Under the pieces are notes generated by a model, which did not search any database, was not told the origin of the DNA, and worked only from the letters and a program-made list of their open reading frames with translations. Both the position numbers and the translations under genes were made by a program. Shown in pieces: positions 44,955 to 54,694 of a stretch of 64,000 nucleotides of DNA. Source of the DNA: an uncultured Desulfurococcaceae archaeon (GTDB lineage: Archaea; Thermoproteota; Thermoprotei_A; Sulfolobales; NBVN01); the NCBI GenBank assembly GCA_964655125.1, contig CAZZLT010000052.1, positions 9,273 to 73,272 on the forward strand, in the 5' to 3' direction. Position 1 is the stretch's first letter, and the number at the start of each line of letters is the position of its first letter.

Positions 44955-45647
44955 TCAGATCCTATGAAGTGATAAATACTTTAGATTAGTACCTACATCC
45001 TTCAGATGATCTGCTGCATCCTCAAGCTTATCTATTAATTCCTTCATAAGTACTAGAGTACCTGCATCACTCCCACAACTCTTAACAACTTCTATTAATG
45101 CATGTCTATAGAAATTATCTATATCATCCTCAAGCTTAACTATATCATTATATATCTCTCCAATCTTCCTCGGATTTACAGATATTAACGTAAGCATACT
45201 ATCTAAGTCTTCTAACATGTTAATACTACCTCTCACCATAGATTCTAACAACGAGTATAACATATCACTAATCTCTACAGACCCCTTAGTAGATAGTGCT
45301 AGAGCTCTATAGGAAGTCGCTTCACAACTCTCTGTAGACTTAAGTATATTATTCACTATTGAGACATATATATCCTTATATATTAAGGCTGGTGAGACCC
45401 TAACTATATACTCCATAACTGATATCGCATTACTCTCCACGTTATTCTTAATACTTCTTATCCTTTCATGCCTTACCTTAACCAACTCAACCTTATCATC
45501 ACTTAAGTCCTTAAGCTGACTTAAAACTTCTCTAAACCCCTGGATAATATCCCTAATCAACGACTTAACCCTCTCAACTATATTAGACTCCGCTATACTC
45601 TCACTACTACCCACGCTTAACTCCAGCCTTAAAGCATCCTCACTCAT
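44955..45647 (-). CDS. DUF47 / PhoU-like helical protein
   Basis: 230-aa all-helical ORF with two repeats; KLEDDIDNFYRHAL and LIDKLEDAADHLKDV resemble the DUF47/PhoU E-D-x-x-D helices. Its stop lies 3 nt upstream of the endA start. Confidence 0.45.
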   Translation of the reverse strand: MSEDALRLELSVGSSESIAESNIVERVKSLIRDIIQGFREVLSQLKDLSDDKVELVKVRHERIRSIKNNVESNAISVMEYIVRVSPALIYKDIYVSIVNNILKSTESCEATSYRALALSTKGSVEISDMLYSLLESMVRGSINMLEDLDSMLTLISVNPRKIGEIYNDIVKLEDDIDNFYRHALIEVVKSCGSDAGTLVLMKELIDKLEDAADHLKDVGTNLKYLSLHRI

Positions 45648-45746
45648 GACTTATCTTACCACTATGAGATCTTATTAGGAGTATATATTTGTTTAACTAA
45701 ATTTTCACCATAAAGAGTTAAACTACGGTAATTACTAATCACTAAC

Positions 45747-46160
45747 TTATGAACTCCTCCCTATAGAGTTACTAAGACTTACTAGTATTTCATTAACGTG
45801 AGAGATATCATTAACTATATCGTTTAATTCTATAGATTTTATCTTACCACGACGTATATGCTTAGATAAAATCCTAAGTAATTCTAGTTCATTATTAAAT
45901 GCTATAAGGACGTTATACTCAAGTAAAGTATATAGTTCATTACCTACGTTACTATTGTTTAACTCTATACTGGAAACTTTAGATGTTACACTACTATATA
46001 CCTTCCTAGCATGTCTTAAGTCTTCAACTAAATCCTTAATTAGGTCCTCACTATGACGACCACTACTAACCTTACTTAACTCAACCCTTAATCTATTAAT
46101 TAATCTCTCATGTCTTAACGTGATCTCCTGAACTTCATTAAGTATTTCAAAATATGACAT
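45747..46160 (-). CDS. hypothetical coiled-coil protein
   Basis: 137-aa helical ORF whose start directly abuts the stop of the upstream 123-aa ORF. Confidence 0.45.
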   Translation of the reverse strand: MSYFEILNEVQEITLRHERLINRLRVELSKVSSGRHSEDLIKDLVEDLRHARKVYSSVTSKVSSIELNNSNVGNELYTLLEYNVLIAFNNELELLRILSKHIRRGKIKSIELNDIVNDISHVNEILVSLSNSIGRSS

Positions 46161-46532
46161 CTAAGTCCCTCTCACAGTCACTATACTATTATCTGCTATT
46201 CCTTTAGACTTCATAGCATCGGGATTAGCCCATACCTCATTAGGAGGTACTTTATCACTTACCACAGCCTTCAACTCTATACGTTTTTTCCCAGCTACAG
46301 CAATATACACTATATCCTTTATCCCTAACTCCTCAGCTAGAGCTTTAGGTAGATATACTTCATCAGCATTTACAGAACTATTATATTTCAACCTAACCCT
46401 CCTCTCCTTAACCTTAGCTTGCTTAGACATCAATGACTGCGGTGGTGGTATTATAGATACTAATGACTTAATATCCCTCTTACTACTACCTTCTTTAACA
46501 TCTTTACTAGATTCCGACAGTAGATCCACCAC
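46161..46532 (-). CDS. hypothetical protein with AbrB/VatN-like beta-barrel C-terminal half
   Basis: 123-aa ORF. EVYLPKALAEELGIKD...IADNSIVTVRG resembles swapped-hairpin or double-psi barrel DNA/peptide-binding modules. The call is weak. Confidence 0.4.
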   Translation of the reverse strand: MVDLLSESSKDVKEGSSKRDIKSLVSIIPPPQSLMSKQAKVKERRVRLKYNSSVNADEVYLPKALAEELGIKDIVYIAVAGKKRIELKAVVSDKVPPNEVWANPDAMKSKGIADNSIVTVRGT

Positions 46533-46633
46533 TTTAAAGATATCCTTAGAAATATTTAAGAGTTAAACCTACATAAATTAGTAAGTAGTCCTTAAGTATA
46601 GAGTAATTTAGTTATAGAAACCATTAGTAAATT

Positions 46634-48361
46634 TTAAGTTATTTCGAAAAATCCTGTTAAGAATTCCTGTATTTTCTTTAATACCTCATCCCTCCTCACC
46701 CTAACCTGCTTTCTAGAATCTCTATCACGGAGTGTTACTGTAGAATCTACTAGTGTTTGATGATCTACAGTTACTACCACCGGTATACCTATCTCATCAG
46801 CTCTAGCATATCGTCGTCCGATAGTTCCTGAATCATCATATACTACGTAAAACCCACTATTAACTAATTCTTCATATATCTCCTTAGCTTTAGCTTCTAA
46901 CTCAGTATCATTAACTAGAGGATATACAGCAACTTGAATAGGTGCTAAACCCCTCGGTAATTTTAAAACTACCCTCCCATCCTCTTCACTATACGCATGA
47001 TCTAAAGCCACTAGTAATAACCTCTCAGCACCAAACGATGGTTCTACAACATGTGGTATTATATGTTTACCACTTACTTTCTCAGTAACTTCCTGAATAC
47101 TTACAGCTGATTTCGGTATTGAGTACCCGCCTAATACTATATGTTCTTCAGAACTACTTAAGATCTTAGATCTTAAGTCGTTAACATCTATTGATGATAT
47201 TAAGTTTAACACTTCTGTAGCTTTATCTTTAAATAGTTTACCTATCAACGCCTTATTAACTATAACCTTATATGACTTAATAATCTTAGGTTCTTCAAAC
47301 CTCTTAAAAACTCTGAGGTCCTGACCACTATACCTCATATGTCTTGATAAGTCGTAATCAGTTCTATAAGCATGACCTGAAACTTCTAACCACCCCCACC
47401 TACTAATCCTAACTAACTGATCGAATGTCTGTGCAGAATAATGAGCTCTCTCATAAGGTAACTTCTCCTCAAACATCATATCATGTTCAGGAACTCCAAG
47501 ATCTATTAAGAAGTCCCTAGCTATACACATCCAGTAAGCTGTCCAAGGCATTTTAATAATATTCTCTCTTAAGGCTTCGTAAACATCAACTTCTATAGGT
47601 TCTTGAGACCCTTTAAGCCTATCCTCCGCACGTAATATCCTTAACTTACCTTTACATCTATCTAATAAGGGGCATTCAGGATTTTCAGAGTCGAAGAAGA
47701 ATTCAACCTCCATTATAGTGAATTCCCTAAGCCTTACAATACCTTGCCTAGGTGAGATCTCATTACGTGCTACCCTACCAATCTGAGCTATACCTATAGG
47801 TAATCTCTCCCTGAAGGCCTCATAAACACGTTTAAATGCTGTGAAGATACCTTGAGCTGCTTCAGGTCTTAAGAATCCGATATCTTGAGAGTAAGGACCT
47901 ATAGTTGTTGTGAATAGTAGGTTGAATAGTCTAACATCACTTAACTCACCACCACATAATGGGCATTTAATCCCCTCATCACGTATTAACTTACTTAATT
48001 CCTCAACACTCATACCCTCAACTTTAACATTAAGACTATCCTCAACTAACTGATCAGCTCTAAACTTCCTACCACATCTTAAACACTCAACTATAGGGTC
48101 TGTAAAGTGTTCTACATGACCACTAGCCTCAAGTACTTTATAAGGCATTATTATAGGAGTCTCAATCTCTACTACAAATCCTTGATTCTTCCTTACAAAC
48201 CACTCACGCCATTTCTCAACTATTCTATTCTTGAGGAGTATGCCTAGGGGTCCTAAATCGTAGAAGCCAGCTACCCCACCGTATATCTCGTAGGAAGGCC
48301 AGAAGAACCCTCTCCTCTTAGCTAACTCAACAATTTTTTCGTACTTATCATAGCTACTCAT
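46634..48361 (-). CDS. glyS: glycine--tRNA ligase (archaeal/eukaryotic alpha2 type)
   Basis: 575-aa ORF with RGFFWPSYEIYGG, class II motifs (FLRPEAAQG, REFTIMEVEFF, GAERL) and a C-terminal anticodon-binding domain. Confidence 0.95.
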   Translation of the reverse strand: MSSYDKYEKIVELAKRRGFFWPSYEIYGGVAGFYDLGPLGILLKNRIVEKWREWFVRKNQGFVVEIETPIIMPYKVLEASGHVEHFTDPIVECLRCGRKFRADQLVEDSLNVKVEGMSVEELSKLIRDEGIKCPLCGGELSDVRLFNLLFTTTIGPYSQDIGFLRPEAAQGIFTAFKRVYEAFRERLPIGIAQIGRVARNEISPRQGIVRLREFTIMEVEFFFDSENPECPLLDRCKGKLRILRAEDRLKGSQEPIEVDVYEALRENIIKMPWTAYWMCIARDFLIDLGVPEHDMMFEEKLPYERAHYSAQTFDQLVRISRWGWLEVSGHAYRTDYDLSRHMRYSGQDLRVFKRFEEPKIIKSYKVIVNKALIGKLFKDKATEVLNLISSIDVNDLRSKILSSSEEHIVLGGYSIPKSAVSIQEVTEKVSGKHIIPHVVEPSFGAERLLLVALDHAYSEEDGRVVLKLPRGLAPIQVAVYPLVNDTELEAKAKEIYEELVNSGFYVVYDDSGTIGRRYARADEIGIPVVVTVDHQTLVDSTVTLRDRDSRKQVRVRRDEVLKKIQEFLTGFFEIT

Positions 48362-48588
48362 CCTTAAACCCCCTAAACTATAGATACTTAACCCAGATAT
48401 ATGAAATTATATAGTTAATTAAGACTTATCAGTTCAAACACGTATAGAATTCATAACACTTAGTAGTAGAACTGGTACATCATACTCTACCTCAGTAAAA
48501 CCACTAATTCACAGTAAGTATTAAATCATTCACTAATTAAACGAATTTAAAACAGTATAACGTATTCTTCTTAATTAGAGGGTATTAC

Positions 48589-49497
48589 ATGAAGGAGTTA
48601 TACATAGTTAAAAGTCCTTACATATTCAACGGTATGGATGTAAGAGTTGAGAAACCTTTATTTGCTGTTGTCGGTATTCCATTAGATTCTACATCTAGTT
48701 TTAGGTCTGGCTGTAGATTCGCACCATTATATGTTAGACTAGCTTCACAAACTATAGAGTTATTCTCGTTAAGGTCTTTAGTAAATATTGAGGAAATCCC
48801 TATAGTTGATGTCGGTGATATGGTGATACCCCACGGTGATGTTACTAAATCATTAAGTATTATTGAGAATGTAGTCTCAGAACTAGTTAGTGATAATTTA
48901 CGTGTAGTGATTATAGGTGGTGAACACACACTTTCTTTAGGAGTTGTTAAGGGTTTGATGAGGGCATCAACTACTAGTAATGTCTGCTTCCTATGTTTCG
49001 ACTCACATAGTGACTTCAGGTACGAATACTTAGGTAGTAAGTATAGTCATGCATGTGTTACTAGGAGGATCTACGAGATCTTAGGTAGTCGTAGAGTTAC
49101 TTTAGTAGGTATTAGGGCTATTTCTCATGAGGAGTATAGAGACTTAAAAAACTTTAACATAAGATACTTCACATCTAATCAGGTTAAGACCTTAGGGGTT
49201 AGGGAAATCAGTAGGAATGTAAGTAAAGTGCTGGAGGATTGTTCTAAAATACATTTAAGTATTGATTTAGATGTTTTAGACCCAGCATACGCCCCAGGTG
49301 TTACAACACCTGAACCTGAAGGGATAACACCTACTGAATTACTAGATATTCTACAACTACTTATTGACGATAGATTTACGTCCTTAGATGTGGTTGAATT
49401 AACACCTACTTACGATCAATCAATGATAACATCAGTAGTTGCTGCTAAGATAATAAACGAAGTTATAGGAATGATATACAGTAAGATTCCTACGTAA
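48589..49497 (+). CDS. speB: agmatinase (arginase/ureohydrolase family)
   Basis: 302-aa ORF with GGEHT, DSHSD, SIDLDVLDPAYAPG and E.TP motifs. Confidence 0.88.
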   Translation: MKELYIVKSPYIFNGMDVRVEKPLFAVVGIPLDSTSSFRSGCRFAPLYVRLASQTIELFSLRSLVNIEEIPIVDVGDMVIPHGDVTKSLSIIENVVSELVSDNLRVVIIGGEHTLSLGVVKGLMRASTTSNVCFLCFDSHSDFRYEYLGSKYSHACVTRRIYEILGSRRVTLVGIRAISHEEYRDLKNFNIRYFTSNQVKTLGVREISRNVSKVLEDCSKIHLSIDLDVLDPAYAPGVTTPEPEGITPTELLDILQLLIDDRFTSLDVVELTPTYDQSMITSVVAAKIINEVIGMIYSKIPT

Positions 49498-49594
49498 TAT
49501 TATTAGTTAAGGATTACTATATTAGTCTCTTTAAACAGGAAGTTAATACAATAAAATTTAAGAATACTTCCTAAATTAAATAGTGAGGAGTACT

Positions 49595-49750
49595 ATGAGT
49601 GAAGGAATACTTTATAAGTGTTGGATGTGTGGGAGGACGTTCTCAAACAAGGATATAGAACTTATTGAGAGGATTAGTTGTCCATACTGTTCATCTAGGA
49701 TAATAGTTAAAATTAGGAAGGATGTTTGGAGAGGGGTAAAAGCTGTTTAA
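49595..49750 (+). CDS. rpoP: DNA-directed RNA polymerase subunit P (Rpo12), not in ORF track
   Basis: Manual translation gives MSEGILYKCWMCGRTFSNKDIELIERISCPYCSSRIIVKIRKDVWRGVKAV* (51 aa). The Y-x-C-x2-C-G ... C-P-x-C ... K-x-R pattern is that of RpoP/Rpb12. A GAGGAG Shine-Dalgarno-like motif lies upstream, and a 7-bp hairpin CCTAACT/AGTTAGG lies downstream. Confidence 0.7.
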   Translation: MSEGILYKCWMCGRTFSNKDIELIERISCPYCSSRIIVKIRKDVWRGVKAV

Positions 49751-49888
49751 TACTAATCACCCTACTACCCTAACTCAGCTTATCTAAGTTAGGAGGTAAT
49801 ACCTCTAGTTCCTAAAATGTTTTAACCATTTAATAATTACTAAGTTAATTAATTAGGAGGAAGTATTGAGATTAAGGCTTGAAGTAAT

Positions 49889-51535
49889 ATGGTGACTAAT
49901 TATGTTGTAAGTACTAGGAAGTGGCTTGATGATGATGAGTTTAGAGAAGTTATTAGTATTGCTGATTATCTCGGGAGGGAAAATGGTGTATCAAAATTTA
50001 GTCTTAACTTAAGTAAGATTTTAAGAAATGGTTTTGATGTTGATGATGTTATAGAGATACTTGAGAAATATGATTTCACCTATACTGAAGATCTAGTTAG
50101 AACACTCTCTAAACAACTTTCTAAAGAGATTGAAGTTGTGATGGAATTTGATGTTAATAGTAAGAACGTAATATTACTACCTAATACCTACTTAGGAGGA
50201 ATTTATGAGAAGATAAAGAATTACGTTACTTATGATAGACAGAAGAAGTATTTTAAAGTACTTCCTTACTACTTCTTCACTGTAGTAGAGATTTTAACTG
50301 ACTTAGGTGTTAAGGTAATTAACAATACAGGATTTAAAGAGTCACAACCACTACCTTCTAAACTAGAATTTAAAGGAAGTTTAAGGGATTATCAGGTTGA
50401 AGCTCTTGATAGGTGGGTTTCTAATAACTATCAAGGTATTATAGCACTCCCAACAGGTTCTGGGAAGACTATCATAGGTATAGCAGCTATTTGTAAATTA
50501 AATGAGAGGTGTTTAATAGTTACTTACACTAAGGATCAGTTAACTCAGTGGGTAGACTCAATACTAAGGTTTACTAATGCGTCGAGATCTGCTATAGGTA
50601 TGTACTATAGTGAGGAGAAGAGTATCGCCCCAATAACTCTAACTACTTACCAGACAGCCTATAAATACATAACTGATTTAATGCCTTACTTCTCCTTACT
50701 CTTAATAGATGAGGTACATCACCTACCTGCTGAGAAGTTTAAACATATTGCCTTATATTCCGTAGCACAACATAGGATGGGTCTTTCAGCAACTCCATAT
50801 AGAGAAGATGGTAAACACACTATTCTCTTCCCATTAATGGGTGGTGTTGTATATTATAAGACACCTACAGAACTTGCTGAGAAGGGGTACTTAGCACCTT
50901 ATGAAGTTATTACAGTATATGTTAAGTTAACTACGGATGAGAGGAAGAAGTATTTAGAGTTAATTAAGAAGTATAGAGAGTTAGTAGGTAGTACTACATT
51001 TGAGGATGTTTTAAAGGCTGCTAAGAACGGTAATCCTAAAGCGTTAGAAGCGTTGAAGATCCATACATCAATTAAGTTACTAGTTCAGAAGTCTAGGAGT
51101 AAAGTAGAGAAAGTGAAGGAGATCGTAGAAGCTGAGGTTAGTAAGGGGAATAAGATCATAGTATTCGCACATTATGTAGACCTTGCTGAAGAGATAGCGA
51201 AGTCTGTTAGTGCTTTACTCCTTACAGGTGATATGGATAAGAGTAGGAGGGAGTACATACTAAGTAGGTTTAAGCAGATGAAATATGGTGTATTAGTAGT
51301 TACTACTGTTGGTGATGAAGGCCTAGATATACCTGACGCATCAGTTGGTATCTTAGTCGCTGGTACCGGCTCTAGAAGACAATTCATACAAAGACTTGGT
51401 AGGTTACTGAGGCCTAAGGAGGGGAAGAAGGCAGTACTATATGAGATAGTAGTGAGGGGTACTAGTGAGGAATTACAGTCAAAGAGACGTAAATCTGTAG
51501 GATTAGATTTAGATGTTGAAGATCAGAATATGTAA
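49889..51535 (+). CDS. xpb: XPB/Rad25-type SF2 DNA repair helicase
   Basis: 548-aa ORF with motif I LPTGSGKT, motif II DEVHH, the XPB-specific RED motif in SATPYREDG, and QRLGRLLR (motif VI). Confidence 0.88.
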   Translation: MVTNYVVSTRKWLDDDEFREVISIADYLGRENGVSKFSLNLSKILRNGFDVDDVIEILEKYDFTYTEDLVRTLSKQLSKEIEVVMEFDVNSKNVILLPNTYLGGIYEKIKNYVTYDRQKKYFKVLPYYFFTVVEILTDLGVKVINNTGFKESQPLPSKLEFKGSLRDYQVEALDRWVSNNYQGIIALPTGSGKTIIGIAAICKLNERCLIVTYTKDQLTQWVDSILRFTNASRSAIGMYYSEEKSIAPITLTTYQTAYKYITDLMPYFSLLLIDEVHHLPAEKFKHIALYSVAQHRMGLSATPYREDGKHTILFPLMGGVVYYKTPTELAEKGYLAPYEVITVYVKLTTDERKKYLELIKKYRELVGSTTFEDVLKAAKNGNPKALEALKIHTSIKLLVQKSRSKVEKVKEIVEAEVSKGNKIIVFAHYVDLAEEIAKSVSALLLTGDMDKSRREYILSRFKQMKYGVLVVTTVGDEGLDIPDASVGILVAGTGSRRQFIQRLGRLLRPKEGKKAVLYEIVVRGTSEELQSKRRKSVGLDLDVEDQNM

Positions 51536-52305
51536 AGTAGTGAACGAAGTAGGAGACCCTTTAAAACTATTAAGTCAGTAGTGAATATCAAAGATCTATT
51601 AGGTAATTCTAAAGCTAATATATTCGAGTTTAAGTAAATTAAAGGCTTACCATAAACTAATAACTTATTCAGTATATAGTGATTACTTATGAAACCTTGG
51701 AACTCCTCAGATTCAATACCGTAAGTTAATATATGGTCTTTAAAGTAAGTCTTCAAATACCCTCTAACTAATACCTTATCAACACCTTTAAAAGACCTTA
51801 AATCTATAATCGTCCTTAACTTAAGTAATGAATTACTAAACGTAGGTTCTAAACACTCACTACATGATATAAGTACAGCCTCACCATATTCTAAAACCTC
51901 ATCTAACGTATCGATAACCTTAACACTTAATCCTAAATCCATTAAAACATTTAGTACAGGTTTATCAGCTAATACCACTAAGTTATTAGGGAACTCCTTA
52001 CATTCTACCCAAACATAGTCAGACAACTTATAAACACTTATATCTAAGTTTAAACTTAACAACCTACTCACTACCTCATAACCATTCTCACAACGTATAA
52101 AGAAAGTTAATGGAGGTATAGCTACGTACCTTCTAACATCATTTATAAGAACAACTACTACAGACGTCCTTAAATTTACTAGTATATCTGTAGCCTCCCT
52201 AAAGCTACTTAAGTATTTAAATACTTTAAATAAAGTTTCTAAGCTATAATCATCTAAAACAACTACTACATAATCACTACTAACTAACCTCCTTAAACCC
52301 TCCAC
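51523..52305 (-). CDS. hypothetical protein
   Basis: 260-aa ORF with a 13-nt convergent overlap with xpb; no family recognised. Confidence 0.5.
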   Translation of the reverse strand: MEGLRRLVSSDYVVVVLDDYSLETLFKVFKYLSSFREATDILVNLRTSVVVVLINDVRRYVAIPPLTFFIRCENGYEVVSRLLSLNLDISVYKLSDYVWVECKEFPNNLVVLADKPVLNVLMDLGLSVKVIDTLDEVLEYGEAVLISCSECLEPTFSNSLLKLRTIIDLRSFKGVDKVLVRGYLKTYFKDHILTYGIESEEFQGFISNHYILNKLLVYGKPLIYLNSNILALELPNRSLIFTTDLIVLKGLLLRSLLYIF

Positions 52306-52475
52306 CTAATCCCACCTAACTAACCCATCATATCTTTCTCAATACCCTAACCAGGAATTCACTCTTATATTTCTGATTAAAATCTAAAGAATTAAACCGC
52401 TCACACCATATTTAAAGTTAAATACAGTCAACAAATAATTATATAAGTATTTTAAACTCCTCTACAAATTCATGT

Positions 52476-52533
52476 TGGTAATGATGAGTCTCGTAAGGAT
52501 TGATCGGTGATCTCGACCAGGCTTCTGATAAAT
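52476..52533 (+). ncRNA. box C/D sRNA
   Basis: Reads AUGAUGA(C, 52481-52487)-GUCUCGUAAGGA(12)-UUGA(D')-UCGG-UGAUCU(C')-CGACCAGGCUU(11)-CUGA(D, 52525-52528). It is a G+C-rich patch in an AT-rich 268-nt gap. Confidence 0.75.
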
Positions 52534-52573
52534 TTATATGATATTAGCTACTGACCTCACGATCGTGTATATA

Positions 52574-53224
52574 TCATATATACTCATCTAATGTTTTAAC
52601 ACTACTATATACCTTCTTGATAGTTTTCCAACTCCTTCTAACGATAGGTGGTAGTTCACTATGTGTTAACACTATATCCTTAATCCACTTTACTGTTTTA
52701 GGGTCTGAAGGATACCCACTCCCGAAATCACCGTATAAAGTTTTTAAATATTCTACGTGTTTATCCCTTAATACCTTAGCTACTATACTAGCTGCTGATA
52801 CCGGTATGTATTTTTCATCAGCATTATATTCAACGACTAAGTTAGTACTGTGATGTATTATATCACTTAATGAATTAATTATCTTCTTAATATTTGATGT
52901 AGAGTCTACATATACTGTAGTTGGTTTAAAACCTAACTTATATGCAGTCTTAATCGATGCTCTAATAGCGTCTATGAATAAGTCGTTAAGATTTACAGTA
53001 TCTATAACATCTGGTTGATACCTCCTGACGTATATATATGATGTGTTACTTAGGATTACTTTAAAGAGTTTAACCCTAGAATTAGGTGGTAACTTCTTAC
53101 TATCTTTAACACCAACATTAGCTAATAATTCAATAACATCATCGTATAACGCAACTGCAGCTACAAACATATCACCTACTAAACATCCCCTCCCAGCCTC
53201 ATCAATACCTAAGTACAGCAACAC
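52574..53224 (-). CDS. rnhB: ribonuclease HII
   Basis: 216-aa ORF with LGIDEAGRGCLVG, DSKKL and the SAASIVAKV motif. Confidence 0.95.
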   Translation of the reverse strand: MLLYLGIDEAGRGCLVGDMFVAAVALYDDVIELLANVGVKDSKKLPPNSRVKLFKVILSNTSYIYVRRYQPDVIDTVNLNDLFIDAIRASIKTAYKLGFKPTTVYVDSTSNIKKIINSLSDIIHHSTNLVVEYNADEKYIPVSAASIVAKVLRDKHVEYLKTLYGDFGSGYPSDPKTVKWIKDIVLTHSELPPIVRRSWKTIKKVYSSVKTLDEYI

Positions 53225-53295
53225 CTACCCCTAACGAGTAATATTGTAATTACAATATTTAAAATGACATAAGTTTAATCAATATCTGGATAGGG

Positions 53296-54492
53296 ATGGT
53301 AACTAACTTACCTACTGAAGCTAAGGTTAGATTAGCTAAGTATTCAGAAGCTAAAACTCCTGAGGAGAAGTTAAGAGCTCTTCAAGAATTCCTATCTGTA
53401 GTTCCTAAGCATAAGGGTACTGAGAACTTAGTTTACTGGGCTAGGAGGCGGATGGCTGAGCTTAGAGAAGAGATTGAGGAGAGGAAATCTAAGAGGGTTG
53501 GGGGTGGAGGTCCATCATTCTTTATAGAGAAGGAGGGTGCAGCCCAGATAGTTATTTTAGGGATGACGTTAAGTGGTAAGAGTTCTATATTAAGTAGACT
53601 TACTAACGCTAAACCATACATAAGTGATACTCCATACAATACTAAGTTCCCTGTACCCGGTATGTTAACTTATGAGGATATACAGTTCCAACTTATTGAG
53701 GCACCAGCAGTAGTTAAGGGGCTATCAGATGGTGCTATATGGTGGGGTTCACGTGTATTAGGTCTTGCTAGGAACTCCAACGCGTTAATGCTTGTTATAG
53801 ACTTAAGTAATAACCCTTTAGAACAGTTAGAAATAATTATTAATGAGTTAAACAATGCTGGTATATACACTACACAGCCTAAGGGGTACGTAGTTATAGA
53901 GAAGTCTAAAGCTTATCAGGGGGTTAAGGTAGTGAATCTAGGTAAGTTAGTTAATTGTACAGTAGACGATGTTAAGAAGTTATTAGAATCTTATAGGATA
54001 TATAACGCGTTAGTTAGACTATATGGGGAAGTAACTCTAGATGATGTTGAGAGGAGTATATTTGAGAACATAACATATAAACCAGCTGTAGTCTTAGCTA
54101 ATAAATACGACTTAATTTATAGTAAAGACATTAATGAGATAGTTAAAGACTTACGTTCTGTATGTGGAGACCTACCAATCTTCATAGTATCTGCTAAGAC
54201 TGGGTACGGACTACATGAACTACCGAAGAACATATTTAAAATCCTTAACATAGTTAGAGTCTATACTAAGGAACCTAATAGTAAGTCACCATCACCAAAA
54301 CCTCTAATACTTAAAAGTAACTCTACAGTTGCTGACGCATTAAAACACCTACGTGAGGAACTCCTCCAATATTTTAAGTATGCTAGGATTTGGGGTCCAT
54401 CAGCTAAATACCCTGGTGAAAGGGTTGGACTTGAACATGTATTAATGGATGGTGACGTCATAGAAATCCATACAAGAATAAAAGCTGTATAA
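53296..54492 (+). CDS. DRG/OBG-like GTPase with C-terminal TGS domain
   Basis: 398-aa ORF with a helical N-terminus, a divergent P-loop GMTLSGKSS, LIEAPAVV (G3-like), NKYD (G4) and a TGS-like C-terminus (VLMDGDVIEIH). Confidence 0.75.
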   Translation: MVTNLPTEAKVRLAKYSEAKTPEEKLRALQEFLSVVPKHKGTENLVYWARRRMAELREEIEERKSKRVGGGGPSFFIEKEGAAQIVILGMTLSGKSSILSRLTNAKPYISDTPYNTKFPVPGMLTYEDIQFQLIEAPAVVKGLSDGAIWWGSRVLGLARNSNALMLVIDLSNNPLEQLEIIINELNNAGIYTTQPKGYVVIEKSKAYQGVKVVNLGKLVNCTVDDVKKLLESYRIYNALVRLYGEVTLDDVERSIFENITYKPAVVLANKYDLIYSKDINEIVKDLRSVCGDLPIFIVSAKTGYGLHELPKNIFKILNIVRVYTKEPNSKSPSPKPLILKSNSTVADALKHLREELLQYFKYARIWGPSAKYPGERVGLEHVLMDGDVIEIHTRIKAV

Positions 54493-54694
54493 CTAAGGGA
54501 GTCAGTAAATAATTAAATATCCTTAAACACGTACAACGATATATTCTATATAAGAATACATCAAACACCTAAGGATATTGAAGACTTACTCGTTAGTAAC
54601 TGTTAAATCATTGAATAAATATTTAAAACATTATAAAATCTCTTCATACGTAAAGTTACGAAGCACTTAAGTAATTAAGTTTAAGATGTTTAAT

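Noticed and set aside
48429-48483. C/D-like arrangement on the minus strand: AUGAUGU-12 nt-ACUA-...-AUGAAU-15 nt-CUGA, upstream of glyS.
   Set aside because: Three of the four boxes are degenerate, the second spacer is 15-16 nt, and the segment is as AT-rich as the surrounding spacer, unlike the other sRNA candidates. It is likely chance.
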